From: a virus
Taxonomy: Duplodnaviria; Caudoviricetes
Reading direction: 5' to 3' (one strand)
IMG/VR virus record: IMGVR_UViG_3300016725_000002
Span: 64,001 to 128,000 of that record
Length of the DNA stretch: 64,000 nt
The position numbers and the translations under genes are program-made. The notes under the pieces were generated by a model. It saw only the letters and a list, made by a program, of their open reading frames with translations, was not told the DNA's origin and did no database searches. Below are positions 1 through 9,400 of this stretch, piece by piece (positions within the stretch are counted from its first letter, which is position 1; every line of letters begins with the position of its first letter).

Positions 1-1732
1 CTAACACTTTTTCATCTGCTGTCCAAGTGTCGCTAGTACCATAAGGATAATGCTGTGAAGTAATATAAATATTTTCACCTGTACGAGTTTTATTATAAAA
101 CAACATACAACCCTGATTAAAGCCAGTATATTGTGTATTATGTGTATCCTGCAATAAGTGTGACTGACCTAATTCAAGGTCAAGAATACCGGCATCAAGA
201 ATATCAACTGGTATTCCAAGTTCAGCATTAACTGCTGTGGAAGCCAGCATGATTTTATTAGCAGTTTTCGTCTTTATCATATAATAAGTAGCACTTGAAG
301 TTAACCCGGTAGGTAATGTTCCTGTGCTTGAAACAGTACAACTATATCCTGTTTCAATGTTTTCATAAAGAGTATCAGTGATAGTTAATGTATCCTTGGA
401 TAAGTCAACTTTACCATTTGAAGTATCAACTTTATCTAGCAATGTAACAGTTAATGTATCAGAAACAGCTAATGTACCAGTAAAGTTGATGGCTACACCA
501 TCTTTACTTGTAGATAACTGAATTAAGTTATTAACACCTTTAATGACATAATAAATATTATCTTCAGACAGGGGAGCAGCACCTGCAACTGTAGGATATG
601 TACCACTGGCTGAAATACTTAATTTACATCTGTCATTCTTTGCACACAACTGATAAAAACTAGTTGAAGTAGTAAGAGTATCATTAACAAAGTCTAATTC
701 TGTAGCAGTAATAGCAGTAATATTTGTTAAAGAGTTTAATTTTAATGTGAAGGTAGCACCTGCAACAGAAGAGAAGGGAATGAAGGAACCCTTAGCTGCA
801 TCAGAAGCAGAAGAAGCAAGTTGTAATTTATACTTATCCTTATTAACACCCGTCTGGGGAATTACAATGGCATATACAATGGTATCAGGATATAAAGTAG
901 GTGTAGAAACAGGCATATCAGCAGCATTACCTGCTATTACCAATTCCGTACCTGTTACGCAACAAGTCCAAAACTGTTTAGACACAGTAACTTGAGAGTT
1001 TCCTGTATCAACAGTAAATGTAGAGTTAAGACCAGCCATTTTACCATCACTGGTATCTAACTGGTAAGTATCAGGATCAGTAAAACCAGTAGCTATTTCA
1101 GCATTGGGTTTATCGTTACCAAAGTTTAACAGTATAGCAGAACCACCAGTTCCACTAAACTCAATGTAAACACCAGCAGAAGCATTGGCATAGCTGGTAG
1201 CAAGTCGATATGAAAATGTTTCTTCCTGATACGGAATTAAATAATATTTAACACCAAGAGTTAATCCATTAGGAAGAGTATCTGAATTTTCAGCGGAGAA
1301 AGTAAATACATCACCAGTGGAAATACTTTTCCACATGATTTCAGCAGCAACTAATTCTTCTGTAGTAACATTACGAAGATTGACAGTAAATAACCCATCG
1401 TTAAAGGTAACTCCAACTGTATTATAAGGTTTATCCTGATTAAGAATGCAACCACCATAAAGTGATCCATCCTCTGCACGGGAAACCCACAGTTTATTAC
1501 ACTTTTCAAGAACAGCAAGGTTACAATAATGAGCCAAGTCATCACCAGGACTCACTTTTTCATACACAGTATAACGTCTTAAATAATCAGTATCACTTGT
1601 AATAAGAACGGGTTTAAACTCACCTTTATTGGTCTTTAATGCTGTACCAACATACAGACCCGGAAAAGAAGGAACACGTTCGCTTAAATCAACCTCTATT
1701 ATTGTAGTTCTAGCACGACCACTGGGTATCAT
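1..1732 (-). CDS. Contractile tail sheath protein (N-terminal ~577 codons; runs off the window edge)
   Basis: Missing from the ORF track, consistent with no stop inside the window (both ends translated by hand, middle not fully checked). From ATG 1732: MIPSGRARTTIIEVDLSERVPSFPGLYVGTALKTNKGEFKPVLITSDTDYLRRY...NKLWVSRA, the typical sheath N-terminus (E-x-DLS, KG-x3-P-x-LITS, LWVxR). Confidence 0.8.
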   Translation of the reverse strand, partial: MIPSGRARTTIIEVDLSERVPSFPGLYVGTALKTNKGEFKPVLITSDTDYLRRYTVYEKVSPGDDLAHYCNLAVLEKCNKLWVSRAEDGSLYGGCILNQDKPYNTVGVTFNDGLFTVNLRNVTTEELVAAEIMWKSISTGDVFTFSAENSDTLPNGLTLGVKYYLIPYQEETFSYRLATSYANASAGVYIEFSGTGGSAILLNFGNDKPNAEIATGFTDPDTYQLDTSDGKMAGLNSTFTVDTGNSQVTVSKQFWTCCVTGTELVIAGNAADMPVSTPTLYPDTIVYAIVIPQTGVNKDKYKLQLASSASDAAKGSFIPFSSVAGATFTLKLNSLTNITAITATELDFVNDTLTTSTSFYQLCAKNDRCKLSISASGTYPTVAGAAPLSEDNIYYVIKGVNNLIQLSTSKDGVAINFTGTLAVSDTLTVTLLDKVDTSNGKVDLSKDTLTITDTLYENIETGYSCTVSSTGTLPTGLTSSATYYMIKTKTANKIMLASTAVNAELGIPVDILDAGILDLELGQSHLLQDTHNTQYTGFNQGCMLFYNKTRTGENIYITSQHYPYGTSDTWTADEKVL

Positions 1733-1741
1733 AAGTTCTCC

Positions 1742-1996
1742 TTAACGAATAACAGTAACTAAGCCTTTAGCTATAGCATTAGATAATGACATATCCTGAA
1801 CAGAAACAACATCAGATTCAAGATAATTTTTAGCGGTACTTGTATTAGGATATAGAAAAATATCATCTTCTTTAAATACAATTTGAATACCAAAATTGCT
1901 TCTATTCCTAAAAGCAACCTTAGGACTTGAATACTGCTTAGGTTTGGAAGTAGTTACAATGTTAACTACTTTTGGTTTATCATCGGTATTAGCCAT
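1742..1996 (-). CDS. Small hypothetical protein upstream of sheath
   Basis: 84-aa ORF, GGGAG RBS, tight packing. Confidence 0.6.
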   Translation of the reverse strand: MANTDDKPKVVNIVTTSKPKQYSSPKVAFRNRSNFGIQIVFKEDDIFLYPNTSTAKNYLESDVVSVQDMSLSNAIAKGLVTVIR

Positions 1997-2005
1997 AAGT
2001 TCTCC

Positions 2006-2647
2006 CTATGTATTAATTTGAGTGTAGTTAAATTTAGCTAAGGTATTAACATCAAATTCATTATTCCTAATACTTCTAATTAATTTATCTTCTTTACTAA
2101 ATATCAAGTAAGAACCAAGAGAAAAACCTGCTTCATACATGTAAATCAGACCCGTTTCTTCATAAGATTGGCTTTTTGTACCGGAAGGAGGAAGTGTCGG
2201 GTCTTCAAAAGCAGTCAACGAGCAGTCAAGTTCAATATCAATACTGTCGTTTATATAAAACTGCACTGGAATTTTACAATTATTTTGAAGCGCATAATAT
2301 CTAGTAAGTAAATCAAAGCTAGAAAGTTCATCCTGACAATACAAAGTACATGAAAATGTCATAATAATAGGACGCACATTTAATACAAGCGATTTGGTTC
2401 CACCAGCATTATCAGTCATTTGAAATCTAGTTGGTTTAGATGGCCCATTTCGTTGGCTGATTTGAGTTAATGTAAATATTAACCCAGGAAAGGTAATCCT
2501 ATCATCTTTAAGTTTATTAAAATACGCATCTGAATCACCATAAACAACCACGCCAGGATCGTTATTTTGATTTAAAATAGGGTCAGTACCTTCAAAAAAG
2601 AATGACTTTAGATATGCCGCAGTATGGGCAATACTTGTTCTAATCAT
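2006..2647 (-). CDS. Putative tail completion/terminator (neck) protein
   Basis: Lies between capsid and sheath genes; FPGLIFTL...RPIIMTFSCTLYCQD pattern resembles tail terminator folds. Confidence 0.45.
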   Translation of the reverse strand: MIRTSIAHTAAYLKSFFFEGTDPILNQNNDPGVVVYGDSDAYFNKLKDDRITFPGLIFTLTQISQRNGPSKPTRFQMTDNAGGTKSLVLNVRPIIMTFSCTLYCQDELSSFDLLTRYYALQNNCKIPVQFYINDSIDIELDCSLTAFEDPTLPPSGTKSQSYEETGLIYMYEAGFSLGSYLIFSKEDKLIRSIRNNEFDVNTLAKFNYTQINT

Positions 2648-2997
2648 TTTATTATACTAGCAAATACTTCAACTTTTAATGTATTAGTTATCTTTATTCC
2701 CTTTAAACCTTCACATTCATATAGCAGCATATTACATTTTTCTAGTGTAACTATTTCATCTGTGGTTGTTATTAAGTTAATTGTGAATGGCTTTTCATCT
2801 CCGAAATAGTTACTAAGAAAAATGAATGTACTGCTATTAGACACATCAAAATACTTAAATTCTTCAGGGGCAAATTCAATCTTTGGCATATAATTAATGA
2901 AATTAGATAAGTTACAACCACGACTATATGAACCTAGTTTATTGCGGGTTTTATCAACACTTAAACCTAAAGATAGATCAATGTGAAGGGTTGACAT
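2644..2997 (-). CDS. Hypothetical protein
   Basis: 117-aa ORF with GGAG RBS; 4-nt overlap with next gene. Confidence 0.6.
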   Translation of the reverse strand: MSTLHIDLSLGLSVDKTRNKLGSYSRGCNLSNFINYMPKIEFAPEEFKYFDVSNSSTFIFLSNYFGDEKPFTINLITTTDEIVTLEKCNMLLYECEGLKGIKITNTLKVEVFASIIK

Positions 2998-3013
2998 TTA
3001 TACACTCCGTAGT

Positions 3014-3057
3014 AAAAAAGCCCTTCGATAACTTGTAACGGTTATCGAAGGGCTTTT
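3014..3057 (-). terminator. Rho-independent terminator after capsid operon
   Basis: Perfect stem AAAAGCCCTTCGATAAC / GTTATCGAAGGGCTTTT, 8-nt loop, T6 tract on minus strand. Confidence 0.9.
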
Positions 3058-3088
3058 GAGGTCTTAGTTCCCTAAAACCGTTGAGGTT

Positions 3089-3493
3089 TTACCACTTGGT
3101 GTTGGCGAGGCGGGCCACAGAAGCAGGAACCATGACCTTGCTGGTCATTGTGCCGCCGTCATCGTCCGGGTCGGTGTTGGTGTCGTCAGGATCAGTGTCG
3201 TCATCGTCCGGGTCGGTGTCGGTGTCGGTGTCCATGTCGTCATCAGCGTCATCATCGGCGCTGTCGAGTTCATCCTGGTCAGTGTCGAGCATGTCTGTGT
3301 CCATGTCGTCATCAGCATCGTCTTCAGAAAAGCCGAGAGATTCGGCAACGCCGTGCATAACGGGGTCAAGTTCCTGACCCTCGCAAGCAAGGCACATCAA
3401 ACGACCGGCTTCTTCAGCCTGACCAGACTTGCCAGCAATATAAGCCTGAGCTAACAGGCGGCCCTTTGTCACAATTTTAGCGTTGATCTTCAT
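3089..3493 (-). CDS. Highly acidic (Asp/Thr-rich) head-associated protein
   Basis: Directly after MCP; DDADDDMDTD occurs twice plus TDPDD repeats; same GC-rich codon usage as MCP. Confidence 0.6.
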   Translation of the reverse strand: MKINAKIVTKGRLLAQAYIAGKSGQAEEAGRLMCLACEGQELDPVMHGVAESLGFSEDDADDDMDTDMLDTDQDELDSADDDADDDMDTDTDTDPDDDDTDPDDTNTDPDDDGGTMTSKVMVPASVARLANTKW

Positions 3494-3521
3494 GTTTGTT
3501 CTCCTGAAAACTAGTCAGCGA

Positions 3522-4577
3522 CTAGCTGTTAGCGAGGCGTTTGCCCTTAACGATAGAGCGGGTGTTGGCGACCATCATGGAAGTGATCTGGTCGAAGAAC
3601 CAACCACGCTTGGACTGGCCCTGATTGTAGGTATTGATGGGCTCCGTAATCAGATTACGGGCATGCATCACACCGTGGTATTCAGGGGAAGCAATGGCGT
3701 ACAGGTCGCCAGCTTCGAGAACACGCATGTTGGGGCCGCGCACGGCGTCAGACACGATATTCACGCCATACATCTGGCCGATTTCGCCAGTCTGAAGCAC
3801 TTCGTACTGGGTAACGGGGTCAAACACCTGCTGGAACTCTGAACCAGAAATGATATCCTGGTACAGGTTTGAGGAAATGAGCAGGGTTGAGGGCGGCAGG
3901 CCTTCGTTCGTGATAATGTTAATCATGCGGGCGAAGATCTGCGGGGTGAAGGACATGAAGCTCTGCACGTTGTAGCGTGAAGTCGCCGCCACGTCAGCCA
4001 GCTTCTTCCAGAAGCGGTCTTCCGTGACCATGAGGGCTTCAAGGCATTCATCGTATTTTTCTTCCAGCAGGTCGTTGGGGCTGCGCTGGATTTCCATGTT
4101 GGTGATAAGGATTTCGCTCGTGATGCTGAACTCGTTCAGGATCTGGCGGCGTTCACGCGCTTCCACGGGGATGACGCGGCTTTCACTGGACATGGCGTAG
4201 GCAATGGCCTGTTTGTCACGCATGGTGACATAAGGCAGGTCGCCGGATTCCAGAGGTTTGAACTGGAGGAAACGGCGGGCAAAGCCGTCACGGTTGGTCT
4301 GGTCGAGAACTTCGCTTGTAACGGCTTCCGCAAGAATAGCCATTTTGTGGCCGCTCTTGTCAGTGGAGGCTTCAACGAGAGCCTTGGTACGTTCGCGGCG
4401 GGCGTTGACGTTGGCTTCGATGGTAGCCTTATCTTCAAACTTGCCGGAAGCAAGCAGTTCAATAGCTTCTTTCACCTTGGTGATTGCGTCAGCCTTGCAA
4501 GAGGCGTTGATTTCACCGCCATTGTTGAACAGGACGGAACCCCTGCTCTTTGATAAGCCAGGAACTAGAGTTTTCAT
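3522..4577 (-). CDS. Major capsid protein (HK97 fold)
   Basis: 351 aa; EDRFW helix, LISSNLYQDI, TGEIGQMYGVNIVSD and C-terminal RGWFFDQ..MVANTRSIVKG resemble jumbo-phage capsid proteins; strongly biased codons; followed by terminator. Confidence 0.8.
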   Translation of the reverse strand: MKTLVPGLSKSRGSVLFNNGGEINASCKADAITKVKEAIELLASGKFEDKATIEANVNARRERTKALVEASTDKSGHKMAILAEAVTSEVLDQTNRDGFARRFLQFKPLESGDLPYVTMRDKQAIAYAMSSESRVIPVEARERRQILNEFSITSEILITNMEIQRSPNDLLEEKYDECLEALMVTEDRFWKKLADVAATSRYNVQSFMSFTPQIFARMINIITNEGLPPSTLLISSNLYQDIISGSEFQQVFDPVTQYEVLQTGEIGQMYGVNIVSDAVRGPNMRVLEAGDLYAIASPEYHGVMHARNLITEPINTYNQGQSKRGWFFDQITSMMVANTRSIVKGKRLANS

Positions 4578-4602
4578 GTGATTCTCCCTTTAAATCTTTA
4601 CG

Positions 4603-5265
4603 TTATATACGAATGCCCAGGAAGGGAGTGTCAACGCCGGGCACTGACACAACAGAACCGGGAATGGCAGCCAGAGTGCCGTTGCTCGCCTGCATGCCAA
4701 CCAGACCTGTAGCGGTCACGCACAGTGACATAGAGGTGTCAGCGAAGTTGGCTTTGGCGTCAAACTGGTCAGTATACACGATACCTTCCATGATGACGCC
4801 GATGCTGCCCAGCATGTCGGTTGAGGACATTGTGGGGATAAGCACGCGGTCTTCCATAAGCACTTCAGTTGTGCTGGGTGCGTAGCGATACTGCACACGC
4901 ACGGCCATGCCCTTGTTGGCGTCGGGCACTGTCACTTCTTTGCCGGAGACTGTGCATTCAATGGCGGCGCCAGATGTGGCTAGGTACACGGAAAACTGGC
5001 CGGTCAGGGGCTCGTTCTTGAGGATCAATTTGCCAGTTTCGGAGTTGGCGGTCAGCACTTCAACGGCTGATTTGGTGAGAGGAGTGAGGGATTCAGTGTA
5101 GCTGAAGCCCACGAAAGGAGCAACGGTGGTGTTGCCCTGACGAACACATTCCTGCCCGTTCACGATTTCACGAACGAGGGGAAGACCTTCTGCATTCACA
5201 GTCTGGCCGGGGACGATGGCGATTTCCTGTGAATTGAGAATCATTAATCTACCGGTGTGTAACAT
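4603..5265 (-). CDS. Putative capsid decoration/cement protein
   Basis: Immediately upstream of MCP, beta-rich, same GC-rich codon bias. Confidence 0.55.
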   Translation of the reverse strand: MLHTGRLMILNSQEIAIVPGQTVNAEGLPLVREIVNGQECVRQGNTTVAPFVGFSYTESLTPLTKSAVEVLTANSETGKLILKNEPLTGQFSVYLATSGAAIECTVSGKEVTVPDANKGMAVRVQYRYAPSTTEVLMEDRVLIPTMSSTDMLGSIGVIMEGIVYTDQFDAKANFADTSMSLCVTATGLVGMQASNGTLAAIPGSVVSVPGVDTPFLGIRI

Positions 5266-5286
5266 GGGATTTCCTCCAAAAAAGAA

Positions 5287-6537
5287 TTAACGCCGGCGAA
5301 GATTCAGCCGACTCTTTAATTCTGTAACAGAATCATCCTTCACAGAAGAAGTAATTTCCGTCACAGAAGGGTCGAGTAAACGCATGCTACTAGCATTCAA
5401 CGCGGCCCGCACTTTATGATGTTCGGCATCTTCAGCAGTAAAACTGCCGGTGTTTGCCGCACAAATCATAGCCTTAGTTTCTTCAAACACAGGCTGAGGT
5501 TTCTTTAAAAGAGCCACAGCCTTTGCAAGAATGGAAGCGTATAGGGTTGTAGCATTGTTTCCCAATACGGAGCTAACGCAAGCTTCAACCCTCTCACGAG
5601 GAATGCCGCTACCAATTAGCTCATTCATCATGTTATCTCGTAATTCTTTATTAATATCTGGGTAAATGCCTTTAATGCCACCTTCAGTAGCTAACGCCAT
5701 GCACTCGATTAAACGAGGAAGGACGCTATCATTGATTCGGGCTTGAGCAAGGCTTTCAATGTACGCAGGAGTTAAAACTTTATTGCTAAATATTGAACCG
5801 CCAAACTTAGATACGGCGGAACCGACACCTTCAGTTTTGGCTATATGCTTAAATCCAGAAATCATGGAAGTGGTTCCAAAGATACTCTGAATATCAGCAG
5901 AACATTTATTACGTTTAAAGACGTACATTGGATTGCCAGTCTTTGCACTGAAAGCAACCAATGTTCCGTCCGGGCCATTCTCGGCATCGTTTACTGACTT
6001 CCACTGAAGGTCATCAGTATCATCCAAAGATGATTTAACATCATCCTCGGTGTCAGTGGCCCTATTATCAATAACGTCATCATCAACTACGGAATCATCA
6101 TCGTTAGCGTCGTCATCTGACTGGTCATCTGCGTTGACTTCATCGCAGCTACCGTCAGTGCATGCGGCATCAGAAAAGGGGTCAGTTCCATCTTCTGAAT
6201 CATCCGCAGAATTGCATTCAGAAGCTTCACATAATGAAGCTCCGCCGCAAATAGGACAATATAAAGAAGCACTTAATTCAGAACAAGTACGATTGGCATT
6301 TGCAATGCCAAGTTTTGCGCCGCAATCCGTACAAGTAATTTCAGCTTTGTCGGTTTGGTTTACACCAGCAAGCACGTTTGCTTTAACTTGTGTACCTTCA
6401 CCTTCAAACTTCTCGCCACAATGAGGGCAAATGGTAATTTCATTCTTGCTGCCAAGAATTGAGTTACCACAAGCTGTGCAGGAGAACTTTGCAAGAGCTG
6501 ACTTTGACGAATTGGCTGTTATAACCAATGTATTCAC
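5287..6537 (-). CDS. Putative prohead core/scaffolding protein with two Zn ribbons and an acidic linker
   Basis: GTG start with GGAGG RBS; CTACG..CPHCG and CTDCG..CPICG; D/E-rich middle; basic C-terminus (RLNLRRR); first gene of head operon. Confidence 0.5.
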   Translation of the reverse strand: MNTLVITANSSKSALAKFSCTACGNSILGSKNEITICPHCGEKFEGEGTQVKANVLAGVNQTDKAEITCTDCGAKLGIANANRTCSELSASLYCPICGGASLCEASECNSADDSEDGTDPFSDAACTDGSCDEVNADDQSDDDANDDDSVVDDDVIDNRATDTEDDVKSSLDDTDDLQWKSVNDAENGPDGTLVAFSAKTGNPMYVFKRNKCSADIQSIFGTTSMISGFKHIAKTEGVGSAVSKFGGSIFSNKVLTPAYIESLAQARINDSVLPRLIECMALATEGGIKGIYPDINKELRDNMMNELIGSGIPRERVEACVSSVLGNNATTLYASILAKAVALLKKPQPVFEETKAMICAANTGSFTAEDAEHHKVRAALNASSMRLLDPSVTEITSSVKDDSVTELKSRLNLRRR

Positions 6538-6570
6538 AGTCCCTCCGATTATATATTACGGTATTTTAAT

Positions 6571-6577
6571 TAAACTG
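6571..6577 (-). promoter_or_regulatory. CAGTTTA motif (candidate late promoter element)
   Basis: Intergenic, about 34 nt upstream of the head operon; same 7-mer occurs at other gene junctions. Confidence 0.45.
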
Positions 6578-6593
6578 TTGAATGTCATTAAAT

Positions 6594-6929
6594 TTAAAGC
6601 GAATATAGCAATTTATCTAAGTCTAAAATTGAAGGGTATGTAATTACCCTTCCAGAATAGCAATCTAAAGGTGTTAGCATGTCATTATAGAGCATTAAAG
6701 GTACTTTGTATGTTACATATCCATAAATATTATATGATAGTAAATCAGGTCGATATATTTCAGTTATAATCGTATAACTACCAGCAGCAGAAATACTTTT
6801 AATATAATAAGCAAAGGAACTACCTAAAATATCATACATTCCTGCATTATCTGTCATCCAAGGTATAATTTTACCAATATCATACTTTAATGTGGATTGA
6901 AACGCTAAATTTGGCTTTTCTAACGCCAT
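6594..6929 (-). CDS. Baseplate wedge protein, T4 gp53 / LysM-like
   Basis: YRPDLLSYNIYG...LMLYN...GRVITYP motif. Confidence 0.7.
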   Translation of the reverse strand: MALEKPNLAFQSTLKYDIGKIIPWMTDNAGMYDILGSSFAYYIKSISAAGSYTIITEIYRPDLLSYNIYGYVTYKVPLMLYNDMLTPLDCYSGRVITYPSILDLDKLLYSL

Positions 6930-6943
6930 AATTTACCTCATAA

Positions 6944-7462
6944 TTATGAATTAAGTATCACCTTAAATATTGCGTCAACAATCTTTTTTGCGGGTTGCTT
7001 TTTCACCGCAGTAAAAGGTATGTTGTTATTTTCGAGGAATTGTGTGATTTTGGTGTCAATTTGCAGACTTTCTTCTTTTGTGTATAAACAGGGTTTATTA
7101 AAACCATTTATACGGGGGAGCATAAAATTCAAGTTTTCATATGAATTAAACAAAGTTAATGCGAGTTCTTCAAAAGGGCGTTGTATTAGACGTTTTTTGT
7201 TGTAAATAAGCGGAAGCAAAATAGGCGAATCAAGTATCACGAAATCAGTCTTCTTTCTTAAACGATCTAATACCAATTCTTGCTTTGCAAAAATATGTAG
7301 TTGATGTTTCAATGTATCTTTTCTATCAATTAAGACATTATATTTTGCATAATCTGTTATTACTTCAACTTTTAAATCAGCGCAAACCATTGCATCAAAT
7401 ATTCTAGCAGCACAAGTAGTTTTACCAATATTCGGGCCACCAAATAAGTTGATTACTCTCAT
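6944..7462 (-). CDS. P-loop NTPase/kinase (NadR/AAA_28-like)
   Basis: VINLFGGPNIGKTT Walker A; VILDSPILL; ESLQID motif of this phage family. Confidence 0.75.
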   Translation of the reverse strand: MRVINLFGGPNIGKTTCAARIFDAMVCADLKVEVITDYAKYNVLIDRKDTLKHQLHIFAKQELVLDRLRKKTDFVILDSPILLPLIYNKKRLIQRPFEELALTLFNSYENLNFMLPRINGFNKPCLYTKEESLQIDTKITQFLENNNIPFTAVKKQPAKKIVDAIFKVILNS

Positions 7463-7476
7463 CCCCTCTTCCTTGG

Positions 7477-8382
7477 TTAAAGGTGATTAACGCACCAATC
7501 ATACAATGTTGCAGACGGGCGCATATCATAACACCAATCTTGGTCAAGTAAGTGTTGATAAAAGATGCTAAAGTTTTCACTAGTTAGCCCGGTAGTTGTT
7601 GCGTAGCATTTATCACTATATACATCTGATAAAGTCGTATGATAATTAGATACACAACTAAGTATATCATCTATACCATCAACATGGTTTCTTGCAGGTA
7701 AAGTAGGACATATAATTTGCTTACCACATTGTAATGCTTCTAACAAAGCATTAGGAAAAGGGTCAATGAACATTGCGCTTTTAGGAAAGTAATAATGAGT
7801 AATATGATTAAAGAAATCAACTGCATCATGTGTATGATAATGTTGTTTAATCATTGGATGTGTTAGATATGTAGTAGCATTACCCATAGTTACTAATGAA
7901 ATTGGTTTAGTTAACTGATCTAATTCATAACGTAAATACTCAATTGCATCTGGATTTGTATGAACTCTAGCATAAAAACCAACTACGGGTTCGGTTGGTT
8001 TAGAGTCAACTGAAAAGTTAGTAATCATTGGTATAAATGCGTTAAAGAAGTTATTACTATTATACATACTTAATCCATTAGTTATAGGTCGTTGAAGAAA
8101 CTTATTTACACTATTTCTAATATAAAAAATCATATTCAATCGCCTAGCTTTAATTACATTATAATGAAATGCGTATAATTCTGGAGCTTGAAATGTACTA
8201 ATAACTTTAAATTTAGTTGTTAACTCTTCTAAATTTGGTATTTCCGTATCAACTTTAAAATTAAGATTATGTTCTACACAAAATCGTTTTGTTACAGTAT
8301 ATGACCCACGCTTAGCCAAGTCATACTTCTTTCCAATTAAACAATATTTAGAAGAACTTTTCATTATATACCTTAAATGCAC
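7477..8382 (-). CDS. Glycosyltransferase (GT-B fold, GT4-like)
   Basis: VVGFYAR and PKS..FIDPFPNALLEALQCGKQII match the E/D-x-F-x4-E-A-x3-G nucleotide-sugar-binding motif. Confidence 0.7.
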   Translation of the reverse strand: MHLRYIMKSSSKYCLIGKKYDLAKRGSYTVTKRFCVEHNLNFKVDTEIPNLEELTTKFKVISTFQAPELYAFHYNVIKARRLNMIFYIRNSVNKFLQRPITNGLSMYNSNNFFNAFIPMITNFSVDSKPTEPVVGFYARVHTNPDAIEYLRYELDQLTKPISLVTMGNATTYLTHPMIKQHYHTHDAVDFFNHITHYYFPKSAMFIDPFPNALLEALQCGKQIICPTLPARNHVDGIDDILSCVSNYHTTLSDVYSDKCYATTTGLTSENFSIFYQHLLDQDWCYDMRPSATLYDWCVNHL

Positions 8383-8929
8383 GCTTAATTTCTGCTATTG
8401 ATTTTGCTACTGCAATTTCTTGGCAGAAATGTATATAAATATCATACCAATTCTTCTTTTTATCCATTTCATTTTTAGCATCAATAAATAACTCTAATAT
8501 TGTTTCATCTTTATCATTATTTGAATCTAATACTTGTTCAATCAATTGCTCCAATGAAGTATATTTGTAATGAGATAACAAATATGAATACATTGTATAA
8601 TCATAAAAAGCAACATCTAAGTTATCTTGTTGAGAACGAGAGTTTAGTATTATTCTAGCTTTTAACTTGAATGATTTTTTAGCATAATCCAATTTTTCAA
8701 TACTAGAAATAACTTCTTTGTTAACATTTAATTGAGATATATGTTCCAACTTTGTAGTTGAATCAATAGTTATAAATCCTAAGCCTAAATCAAAAGTATT
8801 ATGGATATTACGCAAATAACGATATACTTCATAGCTACATTCTATATAATTCTGACTAGTATTATTTACCTTTATAACCCCGGTAATCAAAATAGTATTA
8901 CCGGGGTTAATTATAGCACCGTATTTCAT
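8348..8929 (-). CDS. Hypothetical protein (partner in radical SAM cluster)
   Basis: 193 aa, AGGAG RBS, helical C-half; sits between Cys-repeat gene and glycosyltransferase. Confidence 0.6.
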   Translation of the reverse strand: MKYGAIINPGNTILITGVIKVNNTSQNYIECSYEVYRYLRNIHNTFDLGLGFITIDSTTKLEHISQLNVNKEVISSIEKLDYAKKSFKLKARIILNSRSQQDNLDVAFYDYTMYSYLLSHYKYTSLEQLIEQVLDSNNDKDETILELFIDAKNEMDKKKNWYDIYIHFCQEIAVAKSIAEIKRAFKVYNEKFF

Positions 8930-8947
8930 AGTGGCTCCTATGAATGG

Positions 8948-9400
8948 TTAATAATAATAATAACGATTAGAATAGTTACAATCGCAAGTACATCCATATG
9001 CACAGTTGCAGCTACAATAATTACAATTACAGGTGCAATAATTGCACTGACATATGCAAACAGCTTGAGAAATATTAATAGCATTTTGAATTTGAGCTAA
9101 TAATCTATTAGTAACTTTTGCCCCAATAGCATAGTTATTCCATGTTATTGCAGCTTTACCATCATTTGCATTACAAGTATTTATACTGTTAATTATAAGA
9201 GATAATGCAGAATTTTTAGCTTTATTACCAACAGCAATTGATTCCCATGCAGGAACTGCTTTACCACGAATGTTTAATTCTGCTGTTAACGCATTAATTG
9301 TTTGGGAAAAGAAAAGAGGTTTTAATTTTGCACCTGCAGTGATAACACTAGTCCACTGAGTTTGTGCTCTAGGTCCTATTACCTGATTCGTACATGCCAT
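8948..9400 (-). CDS. Fibre-like protein with C-terminal CxCxCNY repeats (putative radical SAM substrate)
   Basis: Three W..[AVI]GxK-helix repeats then CICQCNY CTCNCNY CSCNCAYG CTCDCNY; start overlaps end of rSAM gene. Confidence 0.75.
   Translation of the reverse strand: MACTNQVIGPRAQTQWTSVITAGAKLKPLFFSQTINALTAELNIRGKAVPAWESIAVGNKAKNSALSLIINSINTCNANDGKAAITWNNYAIGAKVTNRLLAQIQNAINISQAVCICQCNYCTCNCNYCSCNCAYGCTCDCNYSNRYYYY
8972..9058 (-). repeat. Four tandem CxCxC[NA]Y coding repeats (12 Cys in 29 aa)
   Basis: Read directly from translation; DNA copies diverge at synonymous sites. Confidence 0.95.

Noticed and set aside
3160-3325. CRISPR-like or non-coding repeat array
   Set aside because: The GTCGTCATC-type repeats encode the Asp/Thr-rich tract of an ORF; no constant repeat-spacer periodicity was seen anywhere in the window.
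8348-8929. MKYGAIIN as a member of the leader family
   Set aside because: Gly at position 4 breaks the alternating hydrophobic pattern and there is no terminal Ala; probably a chance MKY start, which also shows the background risk for the motif.
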